From Takifugu flavidus (Eukaryota), in NCBI RefSeq assembly GCF_003711565.1, contig NC_079534.1, positions 9,717,991 through 9,781,990 on the forward strand: 64,000 bases of DNA, written 5' to 3'. Position numbers and translations under genes: made by a program. Positions 1-13,429 of this stretch are shown here, piece by piece; the stretch's first letter is position 1; every line of letters starts with the position of its first letter. The notes beneath the pieces are model-generated. The model had not been told where the DNA came from. It was given only the letters and a program-made list of their open reading frames with translations, and did not search any database.

Positions 1-22
1 GAAAAGGAGGAGGCTAAGTAAG

Positions 23-1036
23 TTGTTGGTACTGTTGTTCTTTGGCGAATTAGTGCTTCAGCTCTTTGGATTCACTCTCTACTTCACTCTACTTTTTTTA
101 AGAGCCTTTGCTGTAACTGCAGAAAAAATACAGAAGGGAATCCGTGTTTTCAACAAACTGTTCTCCGAGCGTGCCGAGAGCCTCTGGCAGCACGTCATCG
201 ACCTCAACAGCATTGCGGATGGCTTGGACAAGTTCAGCAAAAACACAAAGATTGCTCAAATCACCGGTGGCTCAACCAGTGCCATTGGAGGTGTGGCCAC
301 TATTGCTGGACTTGCTTTGGCACCAGTCACCATGGGAACATCTTTGATTGTGACCGCAGTGGGATTAGGTGTTGCCACAGCAGGAGGGCTGACGTCAGCG
401 GGTGCTGGGATCACAAACCAGGTCAACAATTCTATGGACCGCAAGAAGGTGGAGAAGATCGTGCAGGATTATCAAGACAAAATAGCTGACCTCAACAAGT
501 GCCTGAAATTCATCAAGCAGGGTATTGAAAACCTGAAGAAATTTGATTTGGTTAAGATGAAACATCACGCTTACAACCGTGACTTTCCTGTGCTCAGCAG
601 TAGTTTTTATGAAGATGGTGCCATGGCAGGAAAGGCTATCCTCATCAATGCAAATGAGATCATGCGCGTTGTGCAGATCGCAAACGTGGCAGGTAGCACA
701 GCAGCTAGAGCAGTTCAGATTGCCAGTATGGCCACTGGTGTACTCACCGGGCTATTTGTGGGAATGGACATCTACTTTGTGGCCAAAGATTCCAAAGAAC
801 TCAAAAAAGGGGTAAAGTCGGAATTTGCCGCTAAAATCAGAGAGGTGGCTACACAGCTGCATGACGGTCTGGTAGAGCTCAACAGTATACGAGAGGAGCT
901 GCAGTCCAGCTCCCCGGAGAGCAAAGAGGTAGGAAGTGATGCATCTGACGAGAACAGAGAGGACGACCATTGTGATTCGGACAAAGATGAGATTGACCGC
1001 ATTAAAAAAGCTATTAAAAAGAATGTTGAAAACTGA
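23..1036 (+). CDS. Apolipoprotein L (APOL)-like protein, 3' terminal coding exon. The window is 5' truncated; the true exon start is probably at an acceptor near 122 or 133.
   Basis: Open frame with APOL-type Gly/Ala/Thr-rich membrane hairpin (ITGGSTSAIGGVATIAGLALAPVTMGTSLIVTAVGLGVATAGGLTSAG), an NSMDRKK..IQDYQD motif and a FVAKDSKELKKG motif. About 45 percent identical to the APOL-like exons at 32199-34159. Pyrimidine tract plus AG at 95-122. Stop at 1034-1036. Confidence 0.7.
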   Translation: MLVLLFFGELVLQLFGFTLYFTLLFLRAFAVTAEKIQKGIRVFNKLFSERAESLWQHVIDLNSIADGLDKFSKNTKIAQITGGSTSAIGGVATIAGLALAPVTMGTSLIVTAVGLGVATAGGLTSAGAGITNQVNNSMDRKKVEKIVQDYQDKIADLNKCLKFIKQGIENLKKFDLVKMKHHAYNRDFPVLSSSFYEDGAMAGKAILINANEIMRVVQIANVAGSTAARAVQIASMATGVLTGLFVGMDIYFVAKDSKELKKGVKSEFAAKIREVATQLHDGLVELNSIREELQSSSPESKEVGSDASDENREDDHCDSDKDEIDRIKKAIKKNVEN

Positions 1037-4000
1037 AAATATGTACGACAGAAAAATTGTAAATTTAGTGAAGCTTCATTCGAGCTCATAACTCCAGCAT
1101 CACTGTCTATAGTTAGTAGTTAGGATGGGGTTTGTAAAATTGAGAAACATAAAATAGTTTTATCCCCACAAATGAAACTTTATTTTAGGGGTGTAACTCT
1201 TGAATCTAGGTAGCATTCTTAAAGGAAGAGTTGGTTTTTTTTCACCAATCAAATAAAACGATTAAATATGATACTACTTTCAGTGTAATTAATATTTGTA
1301 ATTGCCTTTAAGGTAGCAGTAAGGTAACATGAAATTGAATAATTTTCAGATTTGTAATATGTTTAGTGAACTTAATATTAATTTGCCAGTCCTGATGTCA
1401 TTTATGTCTGAATGTCAATATTCAATGTTATCTTTATATGTGCAATAAGTCATAAAATTCCATGTACAGTAAAATGTCCTTTAGTATTTTTTTCAGTTAA
1501 GATAAGAATGAATAAATCCCTGGGCACAGTTGGCAAATGAGGAATCAAAATTAAAAAGGATGGCCACGGAGCACAAAAAACAGCTCAGTCCAGCGTGTAA
1601 CTGGCCATCATCTCTGTAACAGCGTTAAAGCACAGAAAAGAAACCATCAACCTTCTGCTGTTCCTTTGCTAGTAGAATTTTTACATGCCTGTCAGGATGG
1701 ATCCTTTTTTAATAATATGAGTAAAAACTGGAAACCTCCATTCCAAACTTCATCAAATTCAACAATTCAGGGCTTCCGTCCATGGAAAAATGCCAGTTTA
1801 TTAGCTCTCCAAGTTTAATAAATTTAAGTTCTCGAGACCTTAGAAAATAAATGTTTTCCTGCCATCTCCATTTTGTCTAAACATGAAAACAAAATTCCAT
1901 TCCATCCAAATACATCATGTACTGCTGGGAAAGCCAGGATCATCTTTATTTAGCAGGGTGAGTCAAAATATGCAGAACAAAAACAAATGTGTTCTACAGT
2001 TGAAGTAAATAAAGGCTTGCTTTTGGGAGGATTGTGAGATTATTTTGAGTCAAAGAAACTGGAAGATGTGTCATCTCTGCCTTCTTTCTTTGAACAACAT
2101 CCCAGGTGACCTCCCAAGTTTGAAGTTCATTGCTTTGCCTCAATATTTAACTTTTGTCTGTAAAAAAATAAAATAAAAAATCATGCAACCATAACAACTG
2201 ACTAAGCATTATGATGGGCCAGTATAAATCCTCACGTTTGTACTGAGTTCACTACTGATACATGATACACTGTGTATTTGCGTAATTGAACATAGTTTAA
2301 AGTTTAGAGGGGATCATAGACAGAATAGTTCAGATCACAGAGCCGATGTGTTCTTCTACTCTGTGCAGATGATGAGTCAGTGTCCCTCTTTGTTTCCGCC
2401 AAACGATCATTCCCACAGGTAGATCTGGTACAGGCCACGCCCCTTTCCCAGGTGAGTTTCACAAACAGCAGGAGAGAGAATCGTATCTTCTGAACGCAGA
2501 AACCAGGTAAGATATTCATCTCTTTTTGGATTTAAAAAATGTCATCACATGATCGACTGGATTTTAGTTCTTCATGAGTTCGGGTGATGAAATTGTAGCG
2601 TTAACGTTGGGTGGTGTCCAAAGGTTCGTGAATACACGATAATATATGATCGCGTGGGAAAGTAACAATCGGTCAGCAGTCAAGTCTTCCTTCTTTCGGG
2701 TTATCCATTTTTGCGTGTTGCCTAGTTCTTGTACTGTTTACCAAACTAAACTAAAAAATATAAGCTATTTCCCGAAATAACTTTGATTTAAATGTAAATC
2801 AATATCTAAAATACACACATAATATAATTGTACTTTTATTTATTAGTATAAAGTATGTTGTGGAATATATTGTTTTTTTAAAAAAAACACTGCTTTTAAA
2901 AAAAATTAATTACGATTATGTAACCAATGAGTTTTTAAAAAGATTTTAAAGTTACTGATATGATTTTGTGTAAGAACATTTAGCGGTGCAAACGGTCCCA
3001 AAACAGTCAAAGGTATGTGCTTTCCTGTTCAACCAGATATCTGTCATGAACCAGTTTCCAATCATACCGAACCTGCACCGTGTACTGCTTTTTTTCTTTA
3101 ATTATTTGAATAATTAATATTGCCTACTGGCTATTGAACAGCTAAGTGACATACAATTTAAAAGAAAAGGATTATGTTTATCATTACATCTAGTGTTTTT
3201 GTTTTATTACTACCTCCAAAAGTCCACGCTTGAATAATATCCGGAAGATCTTGTATTTTATTTTATAGAATCTTAATATAGTGAAGAGAATTGTCTTTAT
3301 TTTATTATCATGTGTTGTACCATATGTTTCTGTTTTCTGTTAGAAGCACTTTAGAAGTTAGGAATGGTAGAATGTTTAGTAAGTGGAATAAAGATAAGCA
3401 GTCAGTTGACCCTTCCTTGACATGAATGTTGTTTAGACAGTTGGAGGCAGGAGGAGACAGTCAGACGGAAAGTGTTAAACCCCCATCGTAAAACGTGACA
3501 GAATAGTTTACTGGTGTTGATAGGTTCCTCTGCAAGAAGGTGAACTTTGAAATGGCCATTTGGGAGACAACGGAGAACAAGGACTGTGTAAGCATCCAAT
3601 GGGACTGGAAGAAGAAGACGAGGTCATCCAAGAAGAAGGACTGGATTGGACTGAATTAACATCAATAATTTACATATGTGTTTCTATAAAAGACTGGGTC
3701 AAGGGATAGTTAGGTTGTCAGACTTCATGCCCTGGCAATGGACTCTGTTATTGTAGGGTTATGAACTGGCCCAGGGCTGTGTAATATTTGTATCTTGAAT
3801 TGGTTCTATTGTTAAATACATTTTGAAATTGGCATTATTCTTCTTGAAGTCTTCATTCAAAGAACACGCGGATTGGCAGTGACACATGAGCGGTATTGCA
3901 ATCCAACAATTGTGATGGTCATTTCCTTAGAAGAGCCGGGGGTTTATGGGATGCAAGATCAAGGAAAATCAGAACAAATGTCTGAATATTGTGATGCTGC

Positions 4001-4205
4001 ATATGTCAGTTACTGGAATCTCAAGGACTTTATAGAACAGTATAATTCTAAAAATGTATTTTGTCACTGTCCAGCACCACCTGGGTAAGGTGAAATACAA
4101 TTAATACTATGTAAAATATAATTAACCCAGGATATGTTTTTTTTTTCAGGAAACTCTTGGTCTTGTTAGTATTTCTCAAATTTCTATAATTCTATATCTT
4201 TCCAG

Positions 4206-4258
4206 CTAAAATGGAGGCATGTCAAGTGAAGCCACAAGTGAAAAAGAAAGGACAGCTG
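4206..4258 (+). CDS. Repeat-gene candidate first coding exon (ATG at 4211; MEACQVKPQVKKKGQL).
   Basis: tttccag acceptor at 4200-4205. ATG at 4211. GTGAGA donor at 4259. Confidence 0.35.
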
Positions 4259-4404
4259 GTGAGAATATTTACGTCTGACAAAAAGTTACACACACATACC
4301 ACAAATGGCCAGTCTAAAAAATGATGATGCAATTGCAATATTGTGGATAATATGAATGCAACACACTTTCTTTCTCACAGTGTTATGTCTTTTACTTTTC
4401 TCAG

Positions 4405-4431
4405 CCTAAACCGCCTCCAAAGCCTGTCAAG
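4405..4431 (+). CDS. Repeat-gene micro-exon (PKPPPKPVK).
   Basis: ttttctcag acceptor. GTACTA donor at 4432. 27 nt. Resembles the PKP core of later modules. Confidence 0.35.
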
Positions 4432-6344
4432 GTACTAAAATAAAAACACAACTGTATATTCTTGCAAGTACTCATTTGTTATAGTGATTGTCGACATCTT
4501 TAGAAGACTTAATTTTTAGATTTAAAAAAGCAATCCGGGCTCGATGCATGTTTGGAGCCTCTTCAACCTGCTGACACTGTACGTTCCCGCTGGAAAACAC
4601 TACAGATCCTCATCAGGATTAACAATTAACAGATACAGTTATAGTGGGAAGTGAGGTATTAGGTCTTTTTTCTTTTATCTAAACTCGCTATTGTGAGCAG
4701 TGCTGTTGATTTAACATTTGAAAATTGTGCTACTGTTAGAGAGCAGGAAGGTGGAGAGAGAATGGGAAAGACAGGAGTCTTAAACTGAGTGTAGTGTTGG
4801 GATCATGACAGGAAAAGCTATAGAGTTGAGAGACATGGTACAAAGGAGGAACATATGTATTCTGTGTTTGGGAATCCAGGTTCGAAGCTTAAGAGCAGTG
4901 CTCAAGAGGTTTTATCATGGTGTAGAAGGAAATGGAAAAAGCACGAGTCATCTTGATGAGGGAGTTTCTTAGGAATGCTCTGGAGTTGAAAACAGTGTCA
5001 GATTGAGTGATGAGTTTGAAGCCAGAAATTGAAGATGTCCAGTTTAATCAGTGGTTCTGCTCCACTGTGTGTGTCTGTATGTGTCAGCTGCATGTGTTTG
5101 TGTGTATGTGAGAGAGAGACAGTGAGACAGAATGTTAGCAGTCTAAGGTCCTGCTGAAGCTCTTCTGGAGCTCTCTATGACTGCTCCCTTGTTTTCTAAT
5201 CTAACTGCCTGAAGCCTGCTGATTGGAAAGGAGAAAGAAACACTATTTTCTGTCCATCTGCATGACCAACTTTGCAATTAAACATGAACAATATATATGT
5301 AATAAAACAAACAACATTTAAGGGAGCTCTCGGCCACTGTGTCCATGCTTACTGCCAGTACTAAAACTTGTTGTGTGGAAAAAAGTACATAAGGAGGCTC
5401 TGTGGTAAAGAAATACAGAACCACTGGAGAAGGCAGCTGAAGAGTCTGTTATTCAACTAAGGAGTGAAACTTTGGGGAGACATGGGAGGCGTTGAGGTGG
5501 AGATGAATGTTAGGGGTGATGTGTGATAAAGGAGCCGTATTTTAGAGACACAGACACCAAGGAGAAGACAGGTAGCAGAGCTGAAAGGGGCGGAGATGAA
5601 GATGTTGAGATGTTTGTGAGTTACAAAGGTGGAGAAGCTCAAGAATGAATATATCAGAAGCGCAGCACATATTAGATGTTTGGAGATAGTCAGCAAGGGC
5701 AGACTGAGATTGTTCGGACATGTCCAGAAGAGTAACAGTGAATATAGGAATAAGGATATTGTAATTGGAACTGCAGGTAGGAGGCCAAGAGGAAGATGAA
5801 GGTGGAGGTTTATGGATGTAGGGAAAAAGACATGAATTTAATTAGTGAGGCAAGAGCATGCACAAAAAGGGTTGAGATAGAAACAGCAAGTCAGCTGTCT
5901 GTGACTGCTGACTGTGGTGTTTTATATGTCAGCATCCCTTCTAACCTGTTATAAAGAAGAAAATGTTAAAAAAAATAATAGGAACAAATATCTTTTAACA
6001 ATAAAAAGTGTTTTGCAAATTTAAAGATTTAATGTGAGACATTACATTATTTTTTAATACTCTTACCTTTTTTTGCCACTTTACAGGTTATTGTAGTTTC
6101 AAAACAATGTAAGAGAAAAGTGTCATCATCTTAACGTCCAGTGGCTCAACCCAGACTTAGAGAAAATGGGCAAATCATTAAAATATCAATATTTCAACAC
6201 GTTTTCATTCAACTGTTTGATCAGTAATTGAGTACTCCATGTGTCATGTCCATGTGTTTGTTTCTGTAAGTAAAGGTTGTCCTAAAGCAGCAGAAGGTTT
6301 TTGTTTTCAGCAGTTCTGTTAGTTTCTTTATTGTTTCTATGCAG

Positions 6345-6404
6345 GAACTGAAGGCATCACCCAGATACAGCGAAAGCAGAAGTGTTGAGGCTGAGAATTC
6401 AAAG
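6345..6404 (+). CDS. Repeat-gene exon, acidic/Ser module (ELKASPRYSESRSVEAENSK).
   Basis: ctatgcag acceptor. GTACAT donor. 60 nt. Ends in the ENSK motif shared with later modules. Confidence 0.45.
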
Positions 6405-9138
6405 GTACATGCACACACATCTCTTCTTTTGTTTTCTCTTCCTATTTTTTAGGATTTGAGGTTGATCTTTCTTCCTGTTCCAAATCAAAACAGAGAAAAC
6501 ATTGCATTTAGAAGTTCCTGACTCAGTGCAGAACTTTTCTCACCACTCTTACATGTCTGCCATTTTCTCTTTTCTTATGTTGTGTTGTAGAATGCACTGT
6601 GTGATATACTGCTAATGGGAATGTTTCAGTTGGAGAAAATGATGTTGTTCACTATAATGGTTATACTTATACTGTATTTAAATGTCAAAACAGGCTTAGT
6701 ATTGAAATGCTATGGGAACTTTACTATAATATATAGGTGAGAAAAATCCACTAAGAGATGGATAAAACCGTGGACTCAGTGTTAATGACTTTAAAATATC
6801 TATAGAACTCTAAATGACTATATCTGTAAGATAGGTGTAAACAGTGCAAATAAAAGTGTAGTGTATAAATTCTTTAGTTTTACAATGTTCAGATATATTG
6901 TAAAAATAAAAAAATGGATACATTTCATTTTTGTCACTGAAGAACATCTGTGTACTCCATTATCAAAGTTATGTGAATGTGAATGCCTTGTCAAACTGGC
7001 TCCTGGCATGCCCCACTTCCACCAAAGAGTCTCCAGGGCTGGTTCAGAGCCAATCCCTGACTGAGCACAGTTTCTTTCTTTCTCCACCATCCAAACCAGT
7101 TTCATCCTAGTTCCAAACAGCTTCCAGGCAAGCGCCATTTTCAAGCTCGGCAAGACAGGGGCCAGAGCTAAGAACCATTAACGCAGTAGGCTACATGGGC
7201 AGGGATACAGATTAAATCCACACACGGCAAAAGCTATAAACTGCTATTAAAACTACAACCAGCAGGTTGCAAAACTCATACAGTCATTTGATCTTGTTTT
7301 GCACTGATGTAATGACATGGGTCTGACTTTGCTTTGCTTTGCTCCTGGCATATGGAAATGCAAAGCGGTTCTTTAGAGGCACCGGGCTGGAACCAGTTAT
7401 GCACTGGCTCAAGCACCAGCACCAAAACTAGCATCAGGTTCTTTTTGGTGGAAAAGAGGTAGCAGTAAACAGGTGTGCTGGCATGTGCTACACCTGCTAT
7501 GAGTGCCTTCTATTGTAACAGTCATTTCGATTGAAATTGACTGAGAGTCGCAGCTGATATGTAAGGTTTATTATAAGGTTAATTTCTCCAGGTTGCAGAA
7601 TGACAATGAGCAGCGACTTTATTCATTCAGGCTTTACAGCACTGTGAAAAGTGTCCTGAGACATATAATAGACAGCATAATTTCACACTAAAGTGTATAA
7701 CTCCTCGCACGTGTTATCAGTCTCCTCCCTGGCTACGCCCTCATAAATGTACAAATTACTATAAACAAGGCCTCTGCACAATCGAAACAATTGAAACGAG
7801 CCTTGGATCTCAAAAGCAAGAAGAGGAACTTTACCAACTGTGAGTTGGAGACAGTCGCCAATGATGTGAAGGCAGAAAAGATTAATCTTTTTTGGCAGGC
7901 TGTCCTCTGGAATTAATAATAAGCGGAAGTTTTATTCTGAATCAAATCAGTTTCCATTTGAGAATTTGACGCACAACAAACACTGGTGTGTGCAGTTGTA
8001 ATGCAGTTGTAGGTCAGGCAAAACGTAAGGCTGATCAAGTAATTTGAACACCTTATGTGCATGTTTGATGACTTAAGGACTTTAAAAATGGGGGCATGTT
8101 GGAGAGACTGTGAGCAGCAAAAACACGTCATTAACTTCAACCACTGATGAATAATGATGCTGACTACAGAATTATACGTATGCTCAACAGCTGTCAGAGG
8201 GATTCAATTGTTGGTGTGTAGGTACACATACATAAATACAAAATACGTTGTTGTTTGTATATACACGCATGCATCTATTGCTCTGGTGTTCAAGATACTT
8301 TTACAAGGACGGCAGCAATCATTTTTGTTGATGGCTAAGTCTGCTTCCACTCTTGATATAAGTAATAAAATAATAATTGGCACGTGACTGAGGTGTATTT
8401 AAATGTTTTGAAGCTGTGTAACAATTAAATTTTTGTGGGTTTCATCATCATAGCATTGTTAATATTTTCATTATTGCACTTTTCATAACAAAGTTTAATG
8501 TTCTGTGATCTGCTGATTTCACTGTCCATTCATAACACCTCCTCACTAAGATAAAAGTTATTGTCCCCTTTGCCAGAGTTGTTCCAAGAAATGTCTTGAA
8601 TCACTCTTGTGTAAAGATTTCTTGCTAGGAATTTTTAGGCTAAGTCAGGAGCACCCTGAGAGGCCTTTAAAAAATTTTGTTAATCTGGGCGCAGGTTTTT
8701 ACCTGTGAAGTATGTTTGGTATATGTGAAGGAAGGAAGTGGCTTTAGTGCTGTGCGGTCTAACATTTTACACAAGGGACTGATGACATTGGTGGAATATC
8801 AAGAACTTGGATGATTGTTCAAATCACTTTTTTGTGTTATCTCTACTATTTCTCTACTGGATAATCATCCATTTTTAAAGATTGTTGTATCTTCCTCAAG
8901 GCTGGCAGAGAGCCGAACAGAGACCGAAGATGTGGGAAATAGAAAGTGGGAAGGCAACGGCAAAAACCAATAATGAAAATAATGCAGAACCAAAAGAACT
9001 ATTTATTTATTTTTTATTTAGGACTCATGTAAATGAGTTGGATATCTGCAGAGTAATATTGGTTCACTATTTTGTTTTTAATGTTGTAAGTGGCGTGACT
9101 ATCATTGTTATAAGGTAATTGCCTTTTTCTTGTTTTAG

Positions 9139-9201
9139 GAGAAGCTGAGTGTAATGAGTGAGCTGTCCACCAGCAAAGACAGTTTGTCTGGACATAACCA
9201 G
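9139..9201 (+). CDS. Repeat-gene exon, Ser module (EKLSVMSELSTSKDSLSGHNQ).
   Basis: ttgttttag acceptor. GTGAGC donor. 63 nt. Duplicated at 10439-10501. Confidence 0.55.
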
Positions 9202-9383
9202 GTGAGCTGCTCACTGTAATAGTTAGTGTTGTCCATGAAGGCGTTCATTCACCTTAACCCTAACCCTTAGAAACCACTAAATTTGCTTGTTCCTACACCT
9301 GTGATGGTATTGTCTTTCATCACATCTCTTACTGAAGAAAATACAATCTTCTGAAACTGAGCAGGTATTTATATTTCTTCCAG

Positions 9384-9455
9384 GATAAAGTTGGCTTATT
9401 TGGTCGGATGTTTAGGAAGTCTCCAAAACCACCAGAAAACAATCAAACCAACGAG
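9384..9455 (+). CDS. Repeat-gene exon, basic module (DKVGLFGRMFRKSPKPPENNQTNE).
   Basis: ttcttccag acceptor. 72 nt. The donor here is GCATGT (GC), whereas the paralogous exon at 10905-10976 has GTATGT. Confidence 0.45.
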
Positions 9456-9523
9456 GCATGTATTGACAGCATTCTGTGTGCATTGTACATTTTTGTATGT
9501 TCCCTTTTCATTGTCTCTTTTAG

Positions 9524-9586
9524 GATCAATGTTCTCTCCATGATAATATGTCAGGCAGTACTGACAGCTTGTCGGAAAACTCAAAG
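9524..9586 (+). CDS. Repeat-gene exon, Ser module (DQCSLHDNMSGSTDSLSENSK).
   Basis: tctcttttag acceptor. GTGAGC donor. 63 nt. Confidence 0.55.
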
Positions 9587-10438
9587 GTGAGCTCAAGAGA
9601 AGGTGCTGCATTGTTATTGGTGTCAGTGTTCAGTTGTCACTTTGTACTTATACATAACACTAAAAAAACGAATCAATGCCTTAATCCGACACTAACTGGA
9701 CAATTGACGTGCATGTGAACTCATTACTCTAACTACTATTGGAGTTTGCCGTATCCTAAGACAGCCAGATAATGCGATAAGAAATAGATTTGCTCTAGTG
9801 TACACCTTAATCAGAGTTAAACTAGACAATGCATGTGCACATGCTCCACAACCCCTGCGCTGGAGCATGACCAAAACATAAAAGATATTCCGGTCGCAAG
9901 AGTAGGCAACAAGGGATAGCACACATCTTATCTGCACATAAAGTGACACATTTATTACATATGAGATGAACAAATCTGTATGAGTTTCCTGCTTTCTCTT
10001 TTTTGAAAAGCCAGTCTGTTGGCTGACCCCATTTTATTACATGACACTGTAGGTCCACAGGAAGGGGGCCATACTAACCCTTATTTCACTTAAGCTATTT
10101 TTGTACACTGATAATCATGTATCTTTAAGGATTGTTGTATCTCCCTCAAGCTTCACAGACAGCTGAGCCCAGATTCGAAGATGGGGGAAATGGAAAGTGA
10201 AGAGGTACCCGCAAACAACAAGAAGGAAAAATAATGCAGAATCAAAAATGTAGCACTCATGCCATTTTGATTTATGTATGCAATAATAACTGCTGTAACA
10301 ATCAGTCGCCTTTCCATTCAAGACTACCTTTTTAATTTAGCCAGTGAGATATCTGCAGAGTAATATTGCTTTAGTATTTTATTTTCAGTGATGTCAATAA
10401 GTAGAATGACAAGTTAATTTTCACTTTTCTTGTTTTAG

Positions 10439-10501
10439 GAGAAACTAAGTGTAAAAAGTGAGCTGTCCACCAGCAAAGACAGTTTGTCTGAACATAACCA
10501 G
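10439..10501 (+). CDS. Repeat-gene exon, Ser module (EKLSVKSELSTSKDSLSEHNQ).
   Basis: Paralogue of 9139-9201 with the same splice signals. Confidence 0.55.
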
Positions 10502-10904
10502 GTGAGTAGCTCAATGTTATAGTTAGTGTTGTCCATGAAGGCGTTCATTCATCCACCTCACAGTAATTCATCAAGAACTAGTGTAGAGGTAACTGAACTG
10601 TTGAAGAAAGTGGAAGACATTTCACCTCTGATCTGAGCGGGTTCTATAGTTCTTGGTGTGGGTTCTAGAGTAGCTTGGTGCTCCTACTGGATCAAACGGT
10701 TGAATGGCTGTCATTGGAGTCGTTTTATTCTAGGTTGTATAATGTATAGTTGTGTCATTGAAGGTCATCGGCTAGTCAAAGGCCCTTAGAAACCACTAAA
10801 TTTGCTTGTTTCTACACCTGTGATGGTATTGTCTTTCATCACATTTCTTTTACTGAAGAAAATAAAATCTTCTGAAACTGAGCAGGTATTTATATTTCTT
10901 CCAG

Positions 10905-10976
10905 GATAAAGTTGGCTTATTTGGACGGATGTTTAGGAAGTCTCCAAAACCACCAGAAAACAATCAAACCAATGAG
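10905..10976 (+). CDS. Repeat-gene exon, basic module (DKVGLFGRMFRKSPKPPENNQTNE).
   Basis: Paralogue of 9384-9455 with a canonical GTATGT donor. Confidence 0.55.
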
Positions 10977-11044
10977 GTATGTAATGGCAGCATTCTGTGT
11001 GCATTATACATTTTTGTATGTTCCTTTTTTACTGTCTCTTTTAG

Positions 11045-11107
11045 GATCAACGTTCTCTCCATGATAATATGTCGGGCAGTAGTGACAGCTTGTCAGAAAA
11101 CTCAAAG
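11045..11107 (+). CDS. Repeat-gene exon, Ser module (DQRSLHDNMSGSSDSLSENSK).
   Basis: Paralogue of 9524-9586. AG acceptor and GTGAGC donor. Confidence 0.55.
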
Positions 11108-11474
11108 GTGAGCTCAAGAGAATGTGCTGCATTGTTATTGTGTCTGCTGAAAAGATGCATAGTGCCACCTAAAATGTGCATGTTAACATGCAGACTGATC
11201 ATGGAAATGTGTATGTTGACAGGGAAAAGGACTATTTTTTGGTGGCTTGCTCCGAAAAACTCCTAAAGAGGGAATACCTGTACAGGTAAAGATTTATGCA
11301 CAATTCTAGCTATCTATTAGCTATTCCTAGCTTCTATCTGAGTAGCTAATATAAATTAACCTCTATTCAAGGTTAAAGCGTCACTGCAAACACATCAATA
11401 ATACAGTAATGACTGAGTGTTTTGACAGCAAAATCACTGAAATAAGAATACCAGAATAATATGTTACTAAGATA

Positions 11475-12957
11475 CCGTATTTTCCGCACTATAAGGTGCA
11501 TTTAAAACACTGAGATTTTCTCAAAAATCGACAGTGTGCCTTATAATATGGTGCGCCTTGTGTGTGGACTGAGTTCCAAAATCTGCTGTGTGCCTTTGGT
11601 GGGTGCACTATGGTAAATGCTCTGCACATCGATTAGCGGCACGCCTATGCGTAAGGACCCCGTAAAATTACACCGGTGAAGCAACACGCGTATGAGGCTC
11701 ACTTTTAACTGCAGGCCGTCGAATATGCGGCTGAAAATGGCAATCGAGCAGCTGCAAGACATTTTAATATGAATGAGTCCATGGTCAGGAAGTGGAGAAA
11801 TCAAGAAAGTGAAGTGCACCAAGTGAGGAAGACGAAGCTGAGTTTCCAAACAAAGCAAGGTGGCCCGAGCTGGAAAACCGAGTGGAACAGTGGGTTGTGG
11901 AACAGCGAACAACCGGAAGGGGCGTCGCTACTGTCACCATTTGACGAAAGGCCAAAACGATTGCTGAAGAAATGGACATTGAGCACATCCAAGGAGGACC
12001 GTCTTGGTGTTTTCGCTTTATGAGGAGGCGGCATTTCTCTATACGCGCGAGGACAACTGTGGCGCAACGGCTGCCCGCGGATTTCCAGGAGAGGGTGGCC
12101 ATCTTCCTCACCTACTGCCGCTCCAAGATAACCGGCAAAAACATCGTGCCCAGCCACATCACCAACATGGATGAGATCCCGCTGATTTTTGACATCCCTT
12201 TGACCCACACAGTGGAGAAAAAAGGGACCAGCATGGTGGTGATACGCAAGATGGGCCATGAGAAGTCGTCGTTCACCGTGGTTCTCGGCTGCCATGGAAA
12301 CGGACAGAAATTGCCATCAATGGTGATTTTCAAGAGAAAGACGTTGCCGAAAGAAGCGTTTCTTGCCAGAGTTGTGGTCAAGGCAAATTAAAAGGGCTGG
12401 ATGGACGAAAGAAAATGAAAAAGTGGCTGAGGGAAGTTATGTGGGAACCGGGCTTTTAAAGTCACGTTGCTTGCTGTGGGAGCGCTGGATGACGGAAGGC
12501 AAACACTCCTTCACAAAGACTATGAGGCAGCAGCGGGCAAGTTATGCCACCATATGCGGGTGGATTGTAGACGCATGGGCTATGATACCGTCTTCATGTA
12601 AGAGCTTGTAAGAGCTTTCACAAAAGCCGGTATCAACGTTGAAGCGGAACCGGTAGGTGAGTCTGATTCAGATGATGAAGAAGAGGAAGTCAGGATATTG
12701 GAAATTGAAATAGCGCAGCTGTTTAATTCAGATACAGAAGATGAAAACTTTGATGGTTTTGTGGTGGAAGAATGAATATTTTGTTCAATAAATGTGTCAA
12801 AACTCACTGTTTTACTTCTGTTTTCGTTTTTTACTGTATGTTTTAGCATGCGCCTAATAATACGGTGCGCCTTATGTATGGCTTAAGTGCAGAAATAAAC
12901 CCCATAATTGAGACTCCACCTTATAACCCGGTGCGCCTTATGGTGCGGAAAATAAGG
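11475..12957 (+). mobile_element. pogo/Tigger-like DNA transposon, copy 1. About 1.48 kb with TA target-site duplications (TSDs). The transposase is degraded (frameshifted HTH-CENPB plus DDE).
   Basis: Terminal inverted repeats (TIRs) ccgtattttccgcactataaggtgca and tgcgccttatggtgcggaaaataagg. Internal ORF fragments include AAENGNRAAARHFNMNESMVRKWR (CENP-B-type HTH), HITNMDEIPLIFD and MGHEKSSFTVVLGCHGNGQKLP (pogo DDE motifs). Lies in an intron of the repeat gene. Confidence 0.7.
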
Positions 12958-13357
12958 TAATCCCAACATAGGCTCAGCCTCTGACATCAGATCTTTGCGT
13001 GGAGATAGTTGCCAGGGGTTCGCAGCAAGCAGCTGGATTCTGGTTCAGAGGAAGGCAACACAAATGCCCAAAAAACAAACACATAGAAGATAATCCCAGA
13101 ATTTATTCATATGTAAAACCAAAATCAGACTGAGGATCAAAGTTCCAGCAGTGCCTTCTGACAGGCTGAAAGTGGTGCGAGAGGGTGTTGGGGGAAGAAG
13201 ACGGGGCTTTTGTAAGTTGCGAGACACTAAGCGTAGGTGTCTCGTAATGGAACAACACCGCCCATTACTGCAGTCCGCTGGAAAACAAAGAAAACACAAA
13301 GGACGCAAAACACCACAGATGGGACCATCACACCAGCCAATGGGGGACTATCATGAT

Positions 13358-13420
<63 letters not shown>
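13358..13420. repeat. (GATA)n microsatellite.
   Basis: About 16 perfect GATA units. Confidence 0.95.
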
Positions 13421-13429
13421 GCTGTTCTC

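Noticed and set aside
12363-12611. Separate small ORFs inside the pogo element (11769-12611) as independent genes.
   Set aside because: They are fragments of one frameshifted transposase.
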